In this document: positions 56,451 to 64,000 of the stretch, piece by piece
Layout of the letters: every line of letters starts with the position of its first letter
Position numbering within the stretch: the first letter of the stretch is position 1
Translations under genes and position numbers: made by a program
Assembly: GCA_004431415.1 (NCBI GenBank)
Contig: QPMI01000634.1
Span: 1-64,000, forward strand
DNA length: 64,000 bases
Reading direction: 5' to 3'
Source of the DNA: Cyanophora paradoxa CCMP329
Taxonomy: Eukaryota > Plantae > Glaucophyta
The notes under the pieces: model-generated
Seen by the model: only the letters and a program-made list of their open reading frames with translations
Told to the model about the DNA's origin: nothing
Databases searched by the model: none

Positions 56451-58132
56451 GCGCCCCGGGCGCCCCCGCGCCGCTGAGGCTCCAAGGGCGGGGCAGGGTG
56501 GTGGCGTCGGGCATGCTCTGGCTCCCCGACGTCCCCGAGTTCGACGACGACGCCTCCCTCGGCGAGCTCGTCGCCCTCCTCAACAGCTGGTGCGGGGGGG
56601 GGGGGGGGGGGGCGCCCCGGGCCCGCCCGGGCCGGCTCGCCGACCGAGGGGCCGGGGCGCAGCTCGGCGGCGGTGCCGGCGGCGGTGCCGTACGCGGAGG
56701 CGTGCGAGGCGTTCGCGGCGGGCGTGGAGGCGGCCGTGAAGCGCGGCGAGGGCGGGCCCGACACCTGGCCCGAGGAGGACGGGTGCCCGGCCCGCCCGCC
56801 CCCGCCCCGCCCCGCCCCGGCCCGGCCTCGAGCCGGCGCGCTCCCAGGAGCTTCATGGAGGCGATCACGTGCGGGCTCTTCCACGACGCCCTCAGCGACG
56901 AGGACTTCCTCCAGGCCGCCCGCGCCCTCGCCCAGCACCGCGCCGCCAAGCTCGCCGCCCTCCCCGAGGCGGGCCGCGAGGCCTACGCCGCCCGCCTCGT
57001 CGCCTGGCTCAACGCCGCCGAGTGCGAACCGCCCCGCCCGAGGGGCCCGGCCCGCCGCGCGGGGCGCTCGCCGAGGGCGCGGGCGCGGGGCAGGGGCCCC
57101 GGGCTGGAGCAGGGGAGGCGCAGGCGGCGCAGCTGGCGCTGCTCGCCGCCAGCCACGTCGCCGAGATCGGCCTCGACGCCGTCCGCCCGCCCCGACCCGC
57201 CCCGCGTGCCCAGCCCACGGGCCCGCCCACGGGCTCCCGCAGGCCGACTTCCCCTCCGCTGGAGCTACCCCGACGAGGTCCGCCCCCCCCCCCCCCCCCC
57301 CCCCCCGGCCGCCGGCCGGCGGCGGGGCGAGCTGGGGCGGCGGGGCGCAGGACGAGGAGGAGGGGAGGCGGGCGGCGAGGAGGAGGCGGCCGGCGTGATC
57401 GCCCTCGCGAACAAGGCGCGCCACGCCCCGCGGCGCGCCGGGCGGGCCCCGCGGGGCAGGGCCGAGGGGCGGGGCGGCGGGGGCAGGTGGCGTCGGGGCT
57501 GGCGGGGCGCGCGGCCGGCTCCCTCACCGACGAGGACGCCCTCGAGATCCTCGTACCCCCGCCCCGCCCAACCCCGCCCCGCCCCGCGTGGGGCAGCGGC
57601 GGTGGCCGACGCGGGCGCAGGAGGAGGTGATGCTCGCGATGGAGGGCAACTCGGTGCGAGCGAGGGAGGGAGCCCTGGGGAGCGAGCCCTCGCTGACGGC
57701 TCCCCGCGCGCGCGCAGGAGATGGGGGAGACGCGGGAGGACCGGCTGGGGACCCTCTGCTCCATGTTCGACTTCGCCTGCCGCGAGCTCGCCTTCCTGCC
57801 AAAGGCCGGTCCTGGGCAGGGCGCGCCGGGGCGGGGCGGGTGGGCTGACGGGGGCGGGGCGGGGCGGGGCGGCAGGGGGAGCCCGAGTGCGCGCAGCTCG
57901 GCGACCTCTTCGAAGCCCTCCGCAAGCGGCCCGCCCCGCCCCCGCCCCCCGCCCCGCCTCTTCGCCCCGCCGGGCTGAGGCGGCGGGCACCGCAGCGGCC
58001 GCCACCCGCTCTCCGTCGCCCTCGCCGACACCGCCGAGCGCCTCCTCGTGCGCCCCGCCCCGCCCCGGCCGCCCCTGCCCGCCCGCCGGCTTGACATCCT
58101 TGCAGCCCCTCCTCGCCCGCGACCAGGAGTGA
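55829..58132 (+). CDS. Host intron-containing gene with transit-peptide-like N-terminus, uncharacterised
   Basis: Ser/Ala/Arg-rich leader, then ELAMEFLDRIVVARMLTIADRLLW, SFMEAITCGLFHDAL and LGTLCSMFDFACRELAFL exons. Confidence 0.55.
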
Positions 58133-58882
58133 CGCCGACGCGCCTTGGCCCACTCTCCATAGATTACTCACACTTGCTTGCCGTTGCTTCCACGCTTGCA
58201 GTAGTTTTCCCTGTCAGCCCGCGTTCGTTTTTCATTTCCGTGCCGCGATCTTCGATCTTCAAGGCTTGCTCTACCACCATTAGAATGGCCTCCCAATTTG
58301 CTCTCTGTCCTCAGAATAGGTGGTTCTGCGTGTGCGTTTGCCTTTTGATTGTGTGTCCTGATCCTATTAATGTTCTTGTGGAAACTTGCCTATTTGTGTA
58401 GCTCTAGGCTCTCTTAGCGGGGGATCCGGATCCGGAGGGGGGATCAGGATCAATTCATGATCAGGCAGGTCCAATGTAACTGTCGATCACTTTCGGCAGC
58501 TGCATGCCGACACGGGGCCCTTCGAGTTTAGTTAACGATAACTCTCCGGATCCGCTTTCGTCAGCCGATATCGCCGAGTCGAATATATATACGTAATGAT
58601 CACAGTACATCTTTCAATTTTCATTAATGTACCTGCAAAACTATGAGACGTCTATCTGTGGAACGTTCTCGATCATATGAACAATACATAAACACTCATT
58701 GAGATCTAGAAGCCCATTGCAGGGCCGCCGGGCTCGATGGTGATCATGACCTTACGCTTCAAAGCATTCTACTGCTACACGAAAGCGAAATTGCGAAAAT
58801 GGGAAGAAGACACTCGCCACTACTTTATTAACCCCTACGGTGATGTACTTCATGCTCGTAGTCGTGGCGGCGATATGGAGAG

Positions 58883-61800
58883 TTAAAATTCGTCGCTTTG
58901 ATGTGCTTTAGTTCGCCGCGTGCAGGGCGAGGGCGGCGACGACTGTGGCGAGGCCGCAGAGGACGCTCGAGAGAAGCGAGCTCTGACAACGCAGGGGTAA
59001 TTGTAAGCGCTTAAAAGCAGGAGAGCGATGGCATAGGGCAAAAGGCTCGCGAACCGTGTAGGTGGAGGCTGCAGCGTTCGGCCAGTAGGGCACCGAAGCG
59101 CTGGTTCCAACCGGCGTCCATTTGAAAGCCTGCGTGCACAGTGTTGGAAATCATAATTAATATTGAAATTCTCGAGACCGAGTTCTTTATAAAGTGTCTA
59201 AAAGCGTTTTGCTGAACGACAACGAACCCCGCCGATGACGATGGGCACGAAGGCGGGCGCTCCGGTGGCCGGCTCGATGCGGAGGTCGTACTGCGGAAAC
59301 GTGAGACACGGGAAGTCGAATCGCGTGCAATGGAACGGACGGCGGTGTTGGCCGCGAACTGGAGAATGCTACGGCGAAGCTGCGGGGCCTCTGCGAAGGC
59401 AAGGGCTCGAATTCGGCAGAGCAACGCATTAGAATCGGCTGCAGGCGACCGGGCGCACTGAACTTGAGGACCACGTCGCTGCCCTGCGCCTCGACGGACT
59501 CCTGGGTCGCCGGGCGCCTCGTCGTCCCGTCCGCGCTCATGATGAAGACGTCCACCTTGGTCCCGACCTAAACTCGAGCGGGTAAATACGAATGTGTTTA
59601 CCCTCAAACCATCAATGTTCGGAGGCACCTCGAGAACACCGGTGACGGGAACCACGATGAACTCATTCGCGCCGGAACCGGTCTGCCGGAATCGGCTTCA
59701 GGCTGCCGTGTGCAGGTGCGCTTGCGGCGAATTAAATTTAGAGTACCTGCGGTGCGGTGATGGCGGCCTCGGGCAGCTGGACCTTGAACACAGTCTTGCC
59801 GTCCTTGTCCTGTCCAGCGAGCGCTTATAATCAGCCCATCGCAAAAGGAAGTAGGCTGAATCGATCACGAGATACAAATACCTTTTCCTCCTTGAAGTCC
59901 GACGGCTTGAACTAATCGAGTGCGATATTTGTCAATAAAGGAAAGGGCTTGTGCCTCGCGTCGGATAAGGATACATTAATGAATTCGAACCTTGAATTTG
60001 CCGACGACGACCTCGATCGACTGGTTTTTGGTGATGAACGGCTGCGCGCGGCGCGGCGGGATTCAACGACAACGACACCGGAGACGCCGAGGGGACTCAG
60101 AGGGGCCGCACCAGCGGCGGCACAGCGGCCGGAGTCGGTGCCGGTGTCGGTGTGGGCTGAGTCTGCGGCTGCTGCTGGCTGGGCGTCGCGGCGGGCGTCG
60201 GAGTGGCGTCCGTCGTCGAGGGGACCGTGGTGGGCGTTGGGACGGCATCCGAGGACGTGGGGGGCGTGGGAGACGGCGTGGCCAGCGCGGAGGGAGACGG
60301 CGTGGCCGACGGGGACGGCGAGGGCGACGGGGTAGCCGACGGAGTGGGCGAGGGGGACGGCGTCGGGATGTACACTGGCGCGGTGAATGGTGAGCGCCGA
60401 TTGTTTAATTGCGGGTTTTTTAAAATGAATCAGAAGCAGTTCGGGCAGTTAATATGCCGGAGTTCAGCACACCCGTGCCGTTCAGTCGGTGAGCGAATAC
60501 GTAGTCTGCCCCTTTGTCGTCGGACGCTCCTCGCCATGCGGCGTAGAAGACCGCATTGTCCCGCACGCCAAGGTTAGTAAGCCCGACTCCGGGATGCTCA
60601 TAGATGGTCGTTCCGCTAACGGCCTCGGTGCTGCGCTGAGTGTAAATGGCGCTTTGTGTCTTTCTTTTCCCTCAGGCCTTAGGCTCACCCATTGACGTTT
60701 TCGATTCTCTCTTCAAGCACCTCAGCACCCGTAGAGTCGAACGACATGATGAAGCTGGAGGCCGCAGTGCCATCCTTCCAGACCGAGACAAGCAGACGCC
60801 AGAAGCCGTACGCATTCTTTACGACGGCGGCGGACTGAGGCTTTGCATCGGTGTTGATCTCGGCGAAGATCGAGCCGGTAGCCGACGAGCCCGTTGCATC
60901 CACCTGCGAAAGTAGATCGTGATCGACCAACGGCGAGCTGGAATAATAACGGGATAAAAGATAAGCTCGCACCTTGTAGATCGCCATTTTGGAACTCGTT
61001 TTATTGACGAAAGCGACCTGCGAGTCCGTGAGGCATCACATGCGCATGCATAATCATGAAGCAGTTATTTAGTTAAGCAAATTCGAACGTAGAAGATGGG
61101 CTTGGTGTTGACGTCTTCCACAGCAAATCCCATCGGAAATTCATCGTATCCATTGGTAATGGATGGCATGCCAGCAGAAGCAGGAAAAGTGAACACTGTC
61201 GCGTTGGTGGCTCCTGAGAGTTGCATGCGCAAGCAAATCGATGTCAGTGCGGGTGAAAATATAATAAGTTCAATCGTATAGCGTGCACCATCTGCAGAGA
61301 AGCTGAGAAGGGCGGGTTGGGGCGCAGTCGCGAGCAGACTGCGCTTGGTAGATGGAATATGTGGAATGCCAATCCAGTAGACGCTGCCGCCATGCGACGC
61401 AAGAGCGTTGGGAGCAGGTAGGTATTTGTAACCTGCACGCAAAAAGTTCAATTTAAACTCGCGCAGAATACGTTTTCGAATTCCTCCATTGTTTTCTATT
61501 GCAATTTTGCACGAACCGTCGATGTCGCCACTGCTTTCTACTGGGTTGCCGTCCGCTTTATAGGTGTAAAAAACTTTGACCGTGTTCGCAGTTGGATCGG
61601 AGTTGAGCGTGAGGACGCCCATCGCGTAAATCAAGTTACTTCCATCGGCTTGCGTGAGGAAGAAGAGTGAAGATGCAGAGCCGACGGCGATGGTGCCAGT
61701 GTTGTAAGAACCCTTGCCGTTCCTGCTCCGGTGTAAGCTCGATACAAGCTTCTTGATCTCAAGCTTAACTTGTATCGAGCTTACGCACTTGAAACCGACC

Positions 61801-62549
61801 GCAGGGGTGGTGGTCGAGATAGCCGGCACCGCAGCGCCTATGGCCGGCAGTCCGGGCTTATCATTCCAAGACTCGCCAAGCATTGAATCTGCGCATTTGG
61901 TGCGCATGTTAGTGCAGTGACTGCCAAATAGCTATATAGCTTAGCAATCATGAACGCTGGGCTAGAATGACGAACCATTTTTAGGACCCATGACGAGCGT
62001 GCTTGCGCAGTTGCTGTCCACGCGGAAGATGCTGTAATAGCCGGCAACGTACAAGTAGTCATCGAAACTCGAGTACGCCATTCCTGAGACAGCCGTTTAG
62101 TAATGCAATCGATGGATGGCTAATCGCACGCCAGTATTCGTACCGTAAATGTCTCGAAAATCAGCGCCCGTTCCAGTTCCTACGCCGGATTTTGTGTGAG
62201 TACATGCAATTGCAAGCGCTTGGATCGGTTGTGGCTTGGATCGGAGAGAGCACCTTCTGTTCCAGCCGCGCTACTAGGGGTGGTTTCATGCTTTCCAGCG
62301 CAAAACGCAGAGCCGCCCTTCTCGAAGGCATCGGGATTGGCAGGAGGGGTCGCCGCCGCTGCAGTGAGCGAATCGCGAGCGTGAGGCATGACATCGATGT
62401 CAACCCAACGTTAACTATGCAACAAGCTTTGCTGCATGCGCAGCTGCGGCGTTTTCCCCCAAGCGTGACTACGCACCCAAGACCGCGATGGTGAACGACG
62501 CGATGACGACCCTCAACGCCAATGCGCTCGCGCGCCTAGCCGCGCTCAT
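58883..62549 (-). CDS. Host secreted modular protein, paralogue of 29095-36374 (one module, PT/PS-rich linker, distinct C-terminal domain)
   Basis: ATG at 62549 gives MSAARRASALALRVVIASFTIAVL. Shared exons: PNALASHGGSVYWIGIP, AVEDVNTKPIFY, QVDATGSSATGSIFA...VVKNAYGFWRLLVS. PTPSPSPTPS linker at 60100-60370. Confidence 0.65.
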
Positions 62550-63099
62550 TGCTCTTATGACACGAGTGTCGGCGCTGTCGGTGCGCTCGCTTCGCGTCGG
62601 CCGCGGCTGTTGTGCTTTTTCTCTCTCAGAGAGTGTCTCTAAATTTAAATCTGCGCTGGCGCTCCAGGCAAATTTTCATGCACGTTCATGGACTCGTGAG
62701 TCGTGACTGTTCCCGGGAGTCCGAATTCGAAGTTTAAGACTCTGCCAGGCTGAAACTCCGAGGCTCGAACGTTACTGGCCCAGTGGTAACAGTCTCGAAC
62801 TTCGGAAGCGCGCGCAGCCGCCGGGCCGCACGGCTGCCGGCCGGGAACTTCGGGAAGCCTTGAAGCCCGGCGGCCCGGCGCCGGCCCGCTCAGCGGCTGG
62901 CCGCGGGGCGCTGCCGCCGCCTGCCGGCCGCGGAGCCTGCCGCACGCGCACCGTCGCGCGCGCAGCGCAGGCTGCGCAGTGCGTCCGACGTCGACCGTCG
63001 GACGGTCCCGTCCGACTCAGTGACTGGCACTGAGTGCCACTGACTACCAGTACCACTGACTAATAAGTGACTATAGCTATATAATGTACTAGTAGGAAT

Positions 63100-64000
63100 G
63101 CTCAAATTGCCGCGTAGTTAACTAGTAAATTGCCGACTTCGACGAAGACCGGAATTGCCGTGACGATAAATTGCCGAAACGCTGGATTTCTTAAAAGCTT
63201 CTATGGCGCCGTACAAAAGCGGCCGTTTGGCTACCCCCTGAGAGTTGCCGTGGCTTAAAATTGCCGAATTCGGCCTCTCGGCAATATACGGCAATTTAAA
63301 ACATCGGCTAAAAACTTCGAAAAGCAATCCTACATGCAGTATACGTAGCTAGTCCGTCCGACGTACACGCGCCGCCCAATCGCGAAGGGCGGCGAACGCC
63401 CGATCGATCGGATAGGGCGGCGAAGGGCGGCGATCGCAACTTCCCGGGATTCGCAAGTCTTACCGTAGTACGATCGCGAAGTTCGCGACTCGTACGTATA
63501 CGTATCACGGTATATACTAGTAGGCCCTCAGTCGGAACTTGACTCGGAAGGGGAATCTCAGCCTTCTCAGCCAGGGTACACTCAGGGCCGAATTCAGCAT
63601 GCAGACGCTCGAGCTCGATCGTGAGATTATGATTCGCGAGTCAAATTCAGACTCGAGAGTCTCAGAGTCTCGAACTTCGGACCCGGGAGAAGTTAAAGCC
63701 CAGAAAAAACCGGTACCGTTTTTGAAACCACTTCGAAATTTAATTCTACCACGTGCACAGACTGTAATGTGTAGTAACTCAGTGACTATACTGTAGGCGT
63801 AGGTTTAGCCATGGTAAATAATTGCCGTAAATTGCCGACATGCCGAATTAAATTCGGCAATTTAGCACCACGGCAATTGCTTTGGGGTAGCGGTTTTCCT
63901 AGACCGCCATGGAGCAGGAATCTGGATTTGGCAATTTATCGCCACGGCAATTCCAGGTTGGGCGAAATCGGCAAATTAACTCCACGGCAATTTAACTACG
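63100..64000. repeat. Inverted array of AAATTGCCG / CGGCAATTT motifs; probable non-autonomous TIR element running off the window
   Basis: AAATTGCCG repeats at 63105-63270 and CGGCAATTT-type repeats at 63850-64000. The window end CGGCAATTTAACTACG mirrors CGTAGTTA...AATTGCCG near 63113. Confidence 0.6.

Noticed and set aside
44217-58171. Very long overlapping Arg/Pro/Gly/Ala ORFs (e.g. 44346-48008, 49414-52095, 49466-52240)
   Set aside because: Artefacts of extreme GC content and read-through of short GC-rich introns; the real exons switch frames.

Overview
Eukaryotic (protist/algal-type) genomic window with three layers. (1) About 1-29094: the right part of an AT-rich, intron-less endogenous Polinton-like virus (PLV). 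It encodes a TVpol-type PolA polymerase/primase, an A32 packaging ATPase, a major capsid protein, two divergent minor capsid (penton) genes, a patatin-discoidin lipase, a 1457-aa fibre, four paralogous fibres with swapped head domains, a phage-type small fibre-associated protein, a Zn-ribbon protein and an S-adenosylmethionine decarboxylase. It also holds three iteron-like inverted-repeat modules. (2) 19130-28215: a GC-rich L1/Tx1-like non-LTR retrotransposon with a 15-bp TSD and an A-tail, inserted into one of the viral iteron modules. Its layout is unusual. The APE-RT ORF comes first, followed by an antisense two-intron gene encoding an RNase H1 hybrid-binding (viroplasmin-like) domain and a sense multi-intron gene with RRM-like, ORF1p-like features. 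This is the most novel-looking system in the window. (3) 29095-64000: GC-rich host DNA with short GT-AG introns. It contains a secreted modular protein gene with three mosaic ~2-kb repeats (apparently interrupted by the PLV), its paralogue near the right end, several non-autonomous TIR transposons and four uncharacterised intron-rich genes. All family calls come from motifs recognised by eye; no searches were run.
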